Numbered from the stretch's first letter, positions 27,583 through 40,212 are shown. The stretch is DNA of 64,000 nt from Bigelowiella natans CCMP2755 (GCA_000320545.1 ADNK01001960.1:82805-146804); one strand, 5' to 3'. Program-made: numbers and translations. The notes: a model not told the origin generated them from the sequence alone.

Positions 27583-28352
27583 CAACAGACTCTCCCACCT
27601 TTGTGTCGCACCCAACGGCAAGCGGTCGATCCACTTGACGCCCTATCTAGAATGACACTGAACAACGCAGACGAGCGCATTGTTGCCGCACGGTCGCGTC
27701 ACTGCTGCTGATGTGCGCATCAGCGCATGCGGCCATGCAGCACTCAGTTCTGTGAGTGTCAAACGCGACATGACATGCCAACTCCCAAGCTAGCAAGGTG
27801 CGTGACATGGACACAGCTAGACAGCGAACATTCCTGCGGAGCAGCAAGCGCACTCATCACATGACCACATGTCACCCAGCTGCTCATGAACGCAGCGCAG
27901 GGCTAACAATTGTGTGCATCCTCAGCTGTCATCACTCAGATTGCCATCATTGCTCATCACGACATGTGTGTGTGTGTGTGTGCGTGCGCTGTCGGCAAAA
28001 TGATGCTCGTCCTGCAATGTGAAATGACGGGGAAATTCGATCTGCGACATGTCAAGATGTCGTCTCAGCTCGCATTCGTGCTCTTTACTGCTGCGCCGGT
28101 AGCTGCTGTGACAAGAATGATGTGTGCGCAGAACATACATCAGCGCGACATCTCGATTGAGCATGTCGCGATTCCGAAAAGGAGGCAGCAATTCGAACGA
28201 ATGCCCATCATCCGTCCATCAATCCTTCCATCATCCGCTCATCCGTAGCACGAGATGACCAAATCACTCACAACGGCGGTGTAACAGCAACATGTGCGTT
28301 TTTGGTTCCTCCCCGCGCGCCCACATACACTCTCCACCAACTCATCTGTTTC

Positions 28353-29667
28353 ATGGTGTCCGACACCTTTGTACTCGACATTTGCTTCTCTCTCAGCTTC
28401 TTCCTCCTCGGATGCGTCGCCGTGACCTCGCTCCTCACGGACGGAAGCGCAAAGAAGAACCCTGATAGAATCCAGTGGAAACGAGTGTTCCTGAAGTAAG
28501 TGTTCTGCTCTCGTGAAAGTTAATGCTTTCAAAAGACGTAATGCAGCATAATCGGTGATGGATTTTCCCTGCATCAGATCCATATGGAAAATATTTTAAC
28601 TTAAAAAATAAAAATTTTGCAGGCTTTGTGTTGCGCAATGTATATCGGAGACGATCTACCATATTTGCCTCCCTAGAGGGCCCTTAACAGTCCCATGGCA
28701 AGTCCATGTCTTCTTTGTGCGTTTCCTCTATGTCACCGGATCAGCTCTTGTACTGTCGTTCTTTTACTCGACTTTCAGTGGATACTATCTTTCCACAAAT
28801 CTGGCCAATTCTACGATACCATACCACATGCAGATTGTCTATGTAATTTCTCTTACTTTGATGACTGCAACAAACCTTATCAGTGCAATCGCTATCATAG
28901 CAACTGATGAAGAGCGGTTCGAATCCATATCTACGGGAGGTTTAGCTCTTACTGTACTGATTCTTACGCCATACATTATATATCTCTGTGTCAGTCTTCG
29001 AAAACTTATCACTGAAATTTACAGTAAATCAACTGAAGATGATAAGGATATCGAGATTGTTAAAGTTGAAATAAAGTCTTCTTACGATCCAAGAGATGCA
29101 TGCTCAGGCAACATCTCGTCAGCAAATGAGAGCAAGGCATTCCCTTCCAAAATTAGTCCGCATTCAGACATAACCGCGATCGAATCAAAGAATGATTGTT
29201 CCTCATGTCGCAGCAACGTTTTACCTATTAACTCAAAGAAAAAAGGTGACTTTAAGGATTCAACCTGCAGCGCGTCTCCTATGAAAGTAAAGACAAATAT
29301 TCCTTCTGACAACCGCGATGCGTCTGCAAAGAAAAGAAATACTCCAGATTCTAAACAGGCTGCATTTGCCCGAAAAACGAAGTGCAAGTTACTTACAACT
29401 GCGGTTCTGTTTAGTATCTGCGGTTCGGCCACTATATTTTTCTGTGGTTTATATGCGATAGAGCAAGCTGCAAGTAGCGGATCTTACAGTCAGGACAGGC
29501 GAAATGGGGTCTACACTGACGAGGAAAGTTTCCCCGCTCGCCCTGACCTTGGATTGGGTGATCTGGTTGTGTTTAGTTTCTACGCTTTTTTCGTGTGGTT
29601 CTCCGGTGGTCCATGGACGTTTTCGCGTTTCAAAACTTGTTATTATTGTAACAATTGTTTCAAGTAA
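28353..29667 (+). CDS. Multi-pass (about 7 TM) membrane protein of unknown function, 2 exons
   Basis: Exons ~28353-28495 and ~28623-29667 join in frame across a GTAAGT...TGCAG intron; several hydrophobic helices with a long S/K-rich loop before the last two. Confidence 0.7.
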
Positions 29668-30245
29668 AGGGAAATAGAAATTACCAGCTGTTACATTACA
29701 CAATTCTCTCGATCCTGAAAGAGCGATCTGGTTCGAATTATTCATTTGGACTAGTTGGACGGATAGGCAGGCAGTGTATGGATAATGTTGTGCTATGTAA
29801 CATGTGATAGCATGTAATTTGCGTGACGCTAATCTCGTAGGCCATGCAGACAATATAATAATAGACACACAACAGTATACTATACATACGTTAGCTCGCG
29901 CTAGCTATCCAGTGACCAAGATGCACGCAACAATTTGGCGATCATCACATCATCAGTACAATGACTTGAGAGCAATGCCATGCTAGCATGGATGTCTACA
30001 TGTGACAACTTGTGACCATGTGTGCACAATGCGCTAGCAGTCGGTTATCAAGCTAGCAAGCTGCAATACGCCGCGGCCATTTTGCCATGCTAGCATGCTT
30101 GCATGCATCAAACCGTAGCACGATGCTACTTTGCATGCATAGATGTACCTGCTGCGAAGCTGTGACGGTCTTGTTCTAGAGCTGTGTCATTCTGTGGACT
30201 GTGGACGGTTGCCAATGATGATCTAGATAATATCTGTATTCGCTA

Positions 30246-30287
<42 letters not shown>

Positions 30288-30290
<3 letters not shown>

Positions 30291-30340
30291 ATTTCATTAC
30301 ATCCGTCTCATATATAATCGCTACATCCGTCTCATACATA
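30288..30340 (+). mobile_element. Two tandem extreme 3' ends of family A, adjacent to a (TA)n tract
   Basis: AACATTTCATTACATCCGTCTCATATATA and CTACATCCGTCTCATACATATA. Confidence 0.65.
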
Positions 30341-30706
30341 TAATCGCGCTAGGTGTATTACGGTGTTATAATATTTCAAAAGGCGCCTCTAGCGCCGCGT
30401 CGCAGCAAGTATTCATGCGTAGAACTTGACCAATTCTATGCCAGTATACTATATATATAATCAAGTCGTTATAGAAACATAATAATAATTCTGCGTAACA
30501 CGAAAGTGCAATTAACTAAGTATGGTGAACTTCAAAATAAATGTGAATCATAATAAGTTACAGCATTGATTGAAAGCCTAGAAAAAAACAAGTGACGATT
30601 AGTCCCAAAATTTTCGGATCCATCTATCTCAATGTATCAGCACATCGCTAAAACTAGATAATCCGTCGATACAAGCATGGAAACATCACAGTAGCCACAT
30701 CCTGGC

Positions 30707-32449
30707 CTACAGCTCAGATCCATGAATCCTAATTCGATAGATGCACGTGTAGGCTTCTCCATAGTTAGACTTAACTTTGAAGAGAGTGTGGTTAAAGGAT
30801 TTGCCCCCTGCTTTCAAGTTAAACTGTTGCAAGCTACTCTTACCATTGAGGTCATAGGTACCCCTTCCGAGTAGTGTCTTCTCCATATCGTCTGTGTATT
30901 TGCCAGCGTTTGTACCGTAAACTTCAAAATCCTTCGGTGCTGATCCTGTTGAGAGCAAGATCTTCGGTGAAGCATGCTCCAACGAGACTTTATCTGGAAC
31001 GATTCTTTTCGATAACCTGATCAGCACGAAGCCATCAGCTCCTTCCATGGACCAACAATTCCCAGGCTCGATTCCAGGCTTCAAAACTTGCGCAGGAGGA
31101 TTGCGTGATATTGGTTGACTGCTCTTCAAAAAATTCATGATATTGGTCACGCCTCGTTTCTTTTGTTTATATGTCGGGGAGTGGTCGACAACACGGCCAC
31201 GAGTTGCTGCCATAGCATAGTCTACAATTCCCGTACGATCCGCTGCAAACTTCTCAAGGTACTTATTGATCATTAAGTCGAGCGTATCTCCCGCCAACTG
31301 CTCAGTCCATATTTTCAATTGGCTCATCTGTTCCCCCGCAATAGGCTGGTTAAGTGTCTTCTTAAAATTTTTCACCTCCAGCATGAACTCGCGTTTCATC
31401 TTCTCGAGTTCAGATTGAATTTCCTTCATTTTTTTTTCGGTGTAGTCCTTGGCGTGAGTGTCAACATTGGCCTTTAGCGTCGAGAGTGCGCTTTCCTGCT
31501 TCTCCATTTCGGCTCTGAACTGGTTTTGCTTGGCCTGAAGTTGATCTATTTTCTTGTGTATTTTTTCTGTGTACTCATTCATCCTTTTTTGAACCTCCTC
31601 TTTAATTGCTTTATGAAACTTGGGATTCTTTCGAATCTGTTCCTTTGCGAAGTCCGTGGCCTTCTTTACGACATCCGTGTTGTCGTTACCGAAGTTTTCG
31701 TATTTTTCGTGAAGGTTTTTCATCATTTCGTCCACCTCTGACTTTAACTTCTTTACAGTTCGATCATAGTCGCTTCCCAATGTCTTCATTTTCTGCTTAA
31801 TCCTCCCATTTAGCTCTGCTTTCATTTTGCTGAAGTCGATTGCTTCACGGTTGTGCCCTGAAGGCGGCAATTGTAGGATGTAGTAGATTCCAAGGAGAAG
31901 CAGAAGGATGATAGAAATAGAGAAAATATGTTTACGGCGATCAGGCCTGTCCTCTTTTGGGGGCGTGACGGTAATGGTATATGGTGAGGTTGTGTGCGGC
32001 CTAGGAGTCGGAGCAGTGGTTGCAGCAGTAGTGGTCGTATCCCTTCCCTGCCGCACCCTGCGACGAAGACCTGCATGCGCAGCAGAAGATATTGAGAGAT
32101 CTTCTTCTTCCTGCTCCTCTTCTTCTACTTCATCTATTCCTTCGAGTCCTTCCTCGTTGCCTTCGTTTGATACATCATCAAAAGATTCGACAAGATTAAC
32201 TCCTTGGATTCCCACGACTTGGCTGTTATCCTCCTGCTGTTCTCTATCCTCAGGAACACTTTCCATCAGAGGGGCCTTCTTAGAGGACTTTCTGCTGCTT
32301 TTACGAGTAGATCTACGCCGTTTTGTTGAGGACGAAGTGCTGCTGCTTCGGCGGCCAGGAGTTTTTCGCTTCCTTTTGGACTGAGCATCGCCCGGCAATT
32401 CCCGCTGCTCTGATGCGGACCTCCTCGAAGATCGTCGCGTTGTCGGCAT
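30707..32449 (-). CDS. SUN-domain (Sad1/UNC-84) inner nuclear membrane protein, intronless
   Basis: Basic NLS-like N-terminus, single TM (IFSISIILLLLLGIYYIL), coiled coil, C-terminal SUN domain (ADRTGIVDYA...PGNCWSM...SAPKDFEVYG...SNYG..YTCIYRIRIHG). Confidence 0.93.
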   Translation of the reverse strand: MPTTRRSSRRSASEQRELPGDAQSKRKRKTPGRRSSSTSSSTKRRRSTRKSSRKSSKKAPLMESVPEDREQQEDNSQVVGIQGVNLVESFDDVSNEGNEEGLEGIDEVEEEEQEEEDLSISSAAHAGLRRRVRQGRDTTTTAATTAPTPRPHTTSPYTITVTPPKEDRPDRRKHIFSISIILLLLLGIYYILQLPPSGHNREAIDFSKMKAELNGRIKQKMKTLGSDYDRTVKKLKSEVDEMMKNLHEKYENFGNDNTDVVKKATDFAKEQIRKNPKFHKAIKEEVQKRMNEYTEKIHKKIDQLQAKQNQFRAEMEKQESALSTLKANVDTHAKDYTEKKMKEIQSELEKMKREFMLEVKNFKKTLNQPIAGEQMSQLKIWTEQLAGDTLDLMINKYLEKFAADRTGIVDYAMAATRGRVVDHSPTYKQKKRGVTNIMNFLKSSQPISRNPPAQVLKPGIEPGNCWSMEGADGFVLIRLSKRIVPDKVSLEHASPKILLSTGSAPKDFEVYGTNAGKYTDDMEKTLLGRGTYDLNGKSSLQQFNLKAGGKSFNHTLFKVKSNYGEAYTCIYRIRIHGSEL

Positions 32450-32915
32450 ACTTAATTACACTCTCTCCTGGAAGCTGGGGGGAAGGGGTCTCTTTTGAGT
32501 ATTGATGAGGGGCTGAATGGGAGCGTTAATCTATCGACTTGGGAGGAACTTGCTTTAAGTTTTTGGATTGAAAATGGATCGGAAAATAACCATCTTGAGA
32601 AGTTGATGTTTTGATCCATACTTTCGGCGGGAGAGTCTATCCTCTTTCACCAGTTGGAAGAATTTTCTTGCACTCTCCGTGACTTTCCGCACTAATCTTG
32701 GCCTGGACGGAGCGTTCGAAAATCGGCGGCACAATCCTATCCCAGTAATCCCCGGTCCTACTTCTTATACCGGTCACTACCGGGTAAGCAAATTCATAAT
32801 CGGCAAGGATTTACTTCTTGCGTCTTGATATATGTGACGACGCATACGAAAAACAGAGAAGACCAACCGACAGCTGGGATTCGGATTTGCAGAAAGACGG
32901 GAACCAAATTCAAAA

Positions 32916-34175
32916 ATGGTGCCCTGTCGGCTCCGCGTTCCGTCCGCTTCCCAGCTAAGAGCTCGACCACTACTACATGGCGTTCGCAGATTCAGCACGG
33001 CACACAATATATGCGCGCCAGGACGAACAAAGGTTACTTAAATGCCGAGAGCTTGGTGTTGACGATATTTTGCTGATACTTTTCCCACTCGTGTTCTTCT
33101 TCTTCTTCTTCTTCTTCTTCTTCTTCTTCAGGTTGGATGGATTGGAAGCGGAGTGATGGGGAAAAGCATGGTAGCCATATTAGTAGCAGGTGTATACTAG
33201 GGTTTGGCTTCTGTATGTATCGATATTGAATAAAGCAGGGGCGCATCTATTGGTTGACTCTCAGCCCAACCGCAAAAAGAGTAATTCTTATCATTCATCT
33301 AGGTTTCTCATATAATGAATGCGGGCTACGAAACTTCGGTAACACCTGGCAAAGCGAAGAAAACCGCGGAATATATCTTTCTTCCAGAATAAATTTTCTT
33401 CCGAAAACATTGTCACGGTTGATTCTCTCTCTGTTGCAGGTATACTCTCGAACGCTGTCAAAATGCGAGCCTCTCCGGGTGAGATGACATGACCGGCAAT
33501 CTGAAGGCTTCTGATTATATAAAAAATGTATCACACATGGCTAAATACAAACCTAGCAAACAAGGAGGAAGTGATGAGAGGACTACTTAAGTGTTTCCTA
33601 GTAATAAGCGTGTTCTTCATTGGCCGTGGATTTGTTTTCTCTACTACGAAGCTTATAGCATTATTGTTCGAGTTGGGGGTGCCTCAGACAAGCGACTACT
33701 GTTATTTAGATTTTATATTGGGCGTTGGATGATCGAAAATAATAACTCAACGCCTATTGTAGGATCTAGGAGCTGCTGTGAGGGATACACCCAGGGAAGT
33801 TGCTGAGAATTCCGACGTCGTCTTTCTAATCGTCGGGTAATAATAGATACGTAAATGATAAAATATAAATGCGAAGCACATTAAATTCAAGTTTACCATT
33901 ATTTCGATGTTATAAAACCAATAGAATCTTTATCTTACCCTTTTTATCACTTCATACCATGTACCAAAGATACACAGCATGTGTTTGTATTTTAACAAAA
34001 TCTTCATACTACATGTGTTGCGCTCACATGTTTGTATGTTTGTGTGTGTTTGTGTGCTTGGCTGAAATAGATACCCAACGGATGTTAAATCTTGTATTTT
34101 GGGGGAGGATGGTGTCCTCGAAGGTCAGTATCGCTCAATCAGACGAATCTTCACCTAAAAGAACTTTTGGCTCCC

Positions 34176-34222
<47 letters not shown>

Positions 34223-34238
34223 ATACATATTATATATG

Positions 34239-34283
<45 letters not shown>

Positions 34284-34859
34284 TATGTGTACACATACAC
34301 ACACACAAACTTCCGCACAACAATCGTTCAAAAACGCAACATATGTATATATATGTTTATATAAATATGTTGATATATGTGTATGTGTATGTGTGCGTGT
34401 GCGTGTGTACGTACTACCCAGGAATAAAGGAGGGCGGAATCATCACGGATATGACTACTTCTGACCCGGCATTGGCAGTGGAGATGGCTAAAATATGCAA
34501 GGAAACGAAGAACGTATCACTAATAGACGCCCCCGTCAGCGGTGGGGACTTAGGCGCGAAGGTCGCCTCCCAACATTTACACGTCTTTTGAAAAAAATAC
34601 AGAGGACTCTAACATCATCGATTGTTTGCTTGAAGAAGACACGCACAATCATAGACTTGAGGAAATCACGATAATTCCTTCCCCTGCCACAACAGAACGC
34701 AGCGCTGACGATCATGGTAGGAGGTGAGGACTCGGCGGTGGGATCCGTTGAGCCTCTGCTGAAAACGATGGGAAAGACGATTGAACACATGGGTAGGCAG
34801 TATACTTGATTGTGAGCAAATATGATATATGTATGTATGTATGTATGTATGTATATATG

Positions 34860-34891
<32 letters not shown>

Positions 34892-36125
34892 TGTATGTGT
34901 GTATGCGTGTGTGTGTGTTGTCGTCACTCATGGATTTTTCTTTGTCAAGACTTCTCCTTAAAGTTACACACTATAAGCATTTTTGCTCTTTACCAACAGG
35001 CGGTCCCGGATGCGGGCAACACACGAAGATGGCGAATCAGATTATGATCGGGACAACGATGATAGGGTATGGAGTCATAATAGCAGCGCTAGTAGATTAT
35101 AAAGTAATGATGAAAATGGTAGTAGGAGGGTTTACTCCTCACAATCAATATTACTTCCAATTTCTCCGATCTTTTACCATTTTCTGCATACTTGACTCCA
35201 TCTACATAGTGCATTTTGATTATAGTCATGTTTTTGGTTGTATTACCTCTCGCTTTCTATAGACTAATGGAAGGCATGCTGTACGCGAAAGAAGCGGGTC
35301 TCGATGTCAACCAGGTTATTCAAGCAGTAAGGGGAGGGGCAGCAGGCTCGAAAAGGTACGAACATGAAATTAACATAGTAGTACCACGGCCTCTTGCAAT
35401 CCTTCTCTCACGTTCTTTGAGTAACGAATCATTTTCACGTCGGCACCCTGTGTCATTTTTAAACGGAGCGGGGAAAACGAAGCCGATGAAAACCGTCTCA
35501 CAGCCGAGGCTGAGGCTCAATCTTGAATGAAAACCATCAGTTTCTAGAGATTTCGAAACCTTATCCTAATTACCCTTTCCTGCCCTCCTTATGCTGCTAC
35601 CGTCTCGGTCGTCATCAGCCTGGAACTATACGCGGAAAGGATCTTGAAGGAGGATTTTGAGCCTGGGTTCTTCGTTGACCATTTTGTCAAGGTAGCATAA
35701 TAAGTATGTGCTGCGGCACGAAAAAAACGATGAGGAGAGGAATGGCCCTCTGCAAAAAGAGTCGTTCGCGCATGTTCCGTGGGTTTAAATTGCGGCCATT
35801 CTTGAGGAGCGGGGGAGCAAGGGTATATCCGAATGTGGTTGGTGGTATCTGTTGTTCTCAGGATCTCGGAATCTGCATGTCGGAGTCTGAGAGAATGGGG
35901 CTCGATTTTCCTGGATTGGCGCTGGCCAACAAGGTCAAGCGTTGGTCTCTCATTTTTACTCTTGCTTGCTATCGAAAGTGACTGACATCGGATAATTTTT
36001 ATTCACATGCAAAATTGCACATGTCTATCTAGATGTACGAGGAAACACAGAAGGATGGATTCGGGCTGAAAGGCACTCAGGCATTGATGCTAACGATGGC
36101 CAAATCATTGAAGCGTGACGCCTAA
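32916..36125 (+). CDS. 3-hydroxyisobutyrate dehydrogenase / 2-hydroxy-3-oxopropionate reductase family, probable mitochondrial presequence; ~12 exons
   Basis: Spliced motifs [49 protein letters not shown] and [18 protein letters not shown]-terminus [28 protein letters not shown] is R-rich with no acidic residues. Stop TAA 36123-36125. Confidence 0.88.
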
Positions 36126-36673
36126 GCCTACCATTTCTCATCCATGATGGTCGCCATGTGAACATGAATTCATGTCTGGCAGCACATCTAGACATCATGG
36201 GCTCGTGTGTTTGAGGGTGGAATGGTCGCTGCGGCACACGCTAGCACGGTGTGAAAGTGTGCACCTTTGCACGCGCGGGCATGTCGCACTTGCATGTGCA
36301 AAAGCACCATCTCCAGATCTCAGCATCTAGCCATGCGAGCTGATGCATGAATGATCGACTGTGGATGGCATCAACGTTGCATTGGATGAATTTTTGTGTC
36401 ATGCATGTCATCTACAGATCTGCCCATGATGGCTATTTTCGCTGGCCAGATGCGTTGGTCACTGTGTTCATGCTGGCCTGTCCAAATGTGTGTGCATGTG
36501 GTCTGCTCCAGTCTGGCAGTGTGCGTTGAAACAATGAAACAATGATGAAAAACTGCATTTCCAAAGTGTTGCAAGACACTTGCAGCGTGCAAAATGCAGT
36601 GCCTCGAACTGGCTTCAGTGAGGACTGTGACTAGCAAATCAACCAGCTGGTTTGCCAAAATGGCATGACTTGG

Positions 36674-37500
36674 TCATTGAGAAGCAATGACATTGGCAGC
36701 AAAATTCTGACGGCGCAAGACCTCCACTCTGAGCAAAAACTTCCTGAAGGCCATGTCCACATGACGATCTGCGATTGGATCATCTGAGGGGGCCCCCAGC
36801 AGAGTTTTGGTTTTGGAGGAGTCTGGAGCGTCAAAGAATGAGGAGTGGAGGGAAGAAGCTGAACTCAAAGCTGATCTCATGAGCGAGAAAAGCTTGCATC
36901 TCTCTGCATTCAAATGAGTGCAATGATGGATGAGGTGGTTGACACTTTGAACAACTCCAGCATTGCAAAGAGGACACACCGAGAAAGAGGGGGGCAGCCA
37001 GGCAGGTTGCAAACTTTGGCCCTGTGTTCCTCTGTTTCGCAAGTCCCAGCGCGGAGCTGAAGTTTGAGCAACACACCTGAATTGTCATGCCAATCATCAA
37101 GATGGCACTCAAACAATCTGGAAGCTGGCCTTCCAATGTGGCTCCTCGCCCAGGCTCTGGATCTGCAAATTGGGGTGTCGGGTTTGACGAACGAATGAAA
37201 GCTGCGACACAAGTTGCCATTGGTGGATAGATGAGCCCTGACTCTGCGATTGAGGTCAACATCAACCAGTTTTGGATGGGACTGGTCCAAGTTGACTAAC
37301 AGGTCCAAGCCACAGGCAGATTGGTCATCGTTGATGTTGTTTCTGCGTCGTGTGAGAGCGGTGCTCGATTCCACCACGGAATGTGATACACTTGAAACAG
37401 CCTGCATTCTTAACCTCAAACAAGTGATTCGGCAAGTCGCTTTCCTATGAACAGATCCATGCAGCCAAAAGAAGCCACAATTAATGTGCGACAACATAAA
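36674..37500 (-). mobile_element. Degenerate 3' part of non-LTR retrotransposon ORF2 (family B) with CCHC zinc knuckle
   Basis: HLDD...GVLLKLQLRAGT, a frameshift, then VCPLCNAGVVQSVNHLIHHCTHLNAER, the typical post-RT C-terminal region of LINE ORF2. Confidence 0.7.
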
Positions 37501-38424
37501 ATGATCGTCGTAGAACTAAGATCAAATGAATTCCTGGCAGCAACGATGAACGAAGACCAGATTTCGAAGTATGGGGTTCGCAGCAGCGCCAGGGCGCCGG
37601 TCGACCCCCCCACCCTTGCTGTTGCCCTTGATTGCCTTCGCCACAGCCGCATGTCTCTGGACAAACCACAGGAGAATAACCGGGTTGAGTTCTTCTTCCC
37701 GAGTGGGGACTGTTGTGCGTGGTTGGACGCCCGTGCTTGGAGGACGAGTGACATGGAATGACAATTCTGGCTGTGTGCAGAAGAGAGCTGCAGGCGGGTC
37801 GGGGGGGCTGAATCATAACTTTCAGTCCTCTTTCCCGTCTCGATCGGCTGTATTATCCGGTAGCAGCGATAGTGAAGCGAGAACTAAGGCCTCTCCAGCC
37901 GACAAAAAGACCCTTGGCTCTGACGTATCCTCGCTGCCGAAGGGCTGGTAAAGATCTCTTGTTGCATTGTGTATGAATGCACGTAGGATTTATTGTCTTG
38001 ATATGGTACCTAGTTCTTAATTGCTTGATCATTATACGCATGAATCCTGCTTTCACGTTCGAAGTCCTCTATGATGGAATCTAGAGGCAGGGCCAGGATT
38101 TGTTCTTTAGTAGTAATATACTACTTGCTGGACATTTTACGTGGAACGAACGAATAAATATGGAGACGGATAGTACAGCCAAATGCCTTTAATGAAATTT
38201 CGGCACGGATACTTCCTTCGACCCAATGAGCATGTGCCGCAAACTTTCGTCATCACATCGTTTATAATGCCTATATTGTTTCATCGGCACATAATATTCA
38301 TATCTGGATTGCTCTTTAATTTACTTCGATGACAGACATTTCGTCCCTGTTCTCTTACTTTCCCCCTTTCTTTCTTTCTTTCTCTCTTTCTTTCTTTCTC
38401 TCTCTGGCTCTCCTCGTCATTAGG

Positions 38425-38836
38425 ATGCTGGCACAACCCTTGGTCGGGGTAGGGCCATTCGGACTCATGAAGAGGGAGAGCGAAATAATGCAACATGTGA
38501 CAGGTAGGAGGAGGAAGAGAAGCAATGTACATTGATGTGTTATTATTATAAGGATGATGATAATGGTGATGGTGATGATGACGATTGAACCGTGGAACGA
38601 GGCCGGTTTAAGGGAAGATATGAGTATCCATGATTTCCGGTTGTTGTTGGTGGTGGTTGCTTGTGTGCTAAATACTGCTAACTGCTGCTGCTATTCAGGG
38701 CCTTACAACGTTACGGTGGATGATGAGATGGTTAAGAACATTCGTCTGAACGACCGAAGCTTAGAGTGAGTATTATAATCCGATAATATGTGAAATAGTG
38801 GGTGGTGTAGGGCCAAAAAAAAACAAGAGTAGAAGT

Positions 38837-38873
<37 letters not shown>

Positions 38874-38919
38874 GGGTCAAATGTGCTGCTCGGCTAAAAT
38901 GAGACGATGCATAACTTGC

Positions 38920-38956
<37 letters not shown>

Positions 38957-39387
38957 CGATAAGATTAATTGGTATCTGAAAGAGAGTGGTGTTTCCGACG
39001 CCCTAGATGGGTGTGATGTCAACCACTGCCATCAACATCAAATCCTGATTATACTACTATGGCGGCACAGGTTCACCTTCTGCGGACGTAGACGTCTCGA
39101 GATAATAATAGTAAATTGGCTTTCTTCTCTCTTAACGACCACACACGCGCGCTCGCGCAAATGCACGCATACAGGCACACACACGCACACACACGCATAT
39201 ACACGCACACACACGCACGAAATGGGCTGGGTGATAAAGAGCGCAGAGAATCATGCCTCGTATCTTATATGTGCTCTCTACTCACACAGGTGAAGCCTCC
39301 ATTGTACGTTCGGACGCCTGATGGCGTCGAGTTTGGCATGACTTTCCAGGAGGTCTGTGCTCGATAATACCTGCTTGAGATGACTAC

Positions 39388-39420
<33 letters not shown>

Positions 39421-39859
39421 AGTGATGATGTACACAAGCTAAGAACACCATCACGGAAGAGTTCTCCTGATTATACGTGAAAAGATGGAGATGTCGTTTG
39501 GTTGTACTAGTTTCAGCCGCTTAATATAGAGCAACCGTCGTGGTGATAATAACCTCCGGTCTATCGTTTGACTTACGCACCAGGTCACTGACAAGGTCGG
39601 GAAACTGATCCCATCTATAGTCCTCAATGCAGAAGAACAGAATAGGAAAGAAAGTGACTTCCCTGATGTCGACGACGTGGGCCAGGAAAAGAAATCACAA
39701 GAAAAGAGTGCGGAAACTTATTTTTCGCTCAAATCAAACGGAGTCATGTTTGGATTCCACCCTGAGCATAAGAACCTTTCCCTCCTCGCCATATCTACGG
39801 ACTATCACACACTATCCGACATACGGGAATTATCTATGGATGCTGCGAGGAAACGGTGA
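38425..39859 (+). CDS. Hypothetical protein, ~5 small exons
   Basis: GT-AG-bounded segments MLAQPLVGVGPFGLMKRESEIMQHVT / PYNVTVDDEMVKNIRLNDRSLE / FTFCG / VKPPLYVRTPDGVEFGMTFQE / VTDKVGKL...AARKR*, separated by microsatellite introns; start uncertain. Confidence 0.55.
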
Positions 39860-40212
39860 TGCTGGAGTGCATAAATGGCAATGTCTTCGAAAGGAATTAG
39901 GTCAATTTGGAACGCATGCTGCGTTGTTGCAATGTATGCACCGCAGTGTGGTGTATGCTATACGCACGCAATAGTGATACATCGATGCAAATTTTACTGC
40001 ATTAAGACTCACACGTTATGTCATATTACGCGGTGCGTTTTCGCCACACAAATGCGCGTGGACCGAGCTAGATCTAGAGACGAGCGCTGGCATGTGCTCT
40101 CCTGCTGAGCGCGTATCTCGTCCAAGCAATGCTGGCAAGCAATATTACGTATAGGCATTGTGAATGTCAGTCGTGTAATAGACATGTGTATTTGTGAGTA
40201 GTTGCATGGTGT

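Noticed and set aside
36131-37300. CpG methylation decay, classical RIP or 6mA(ApT) decay as the cause of the CA/TG excess
   Set aside because: CpG and ApT remain common while TpA is the missing dinucleotide; RIP would create TpA.
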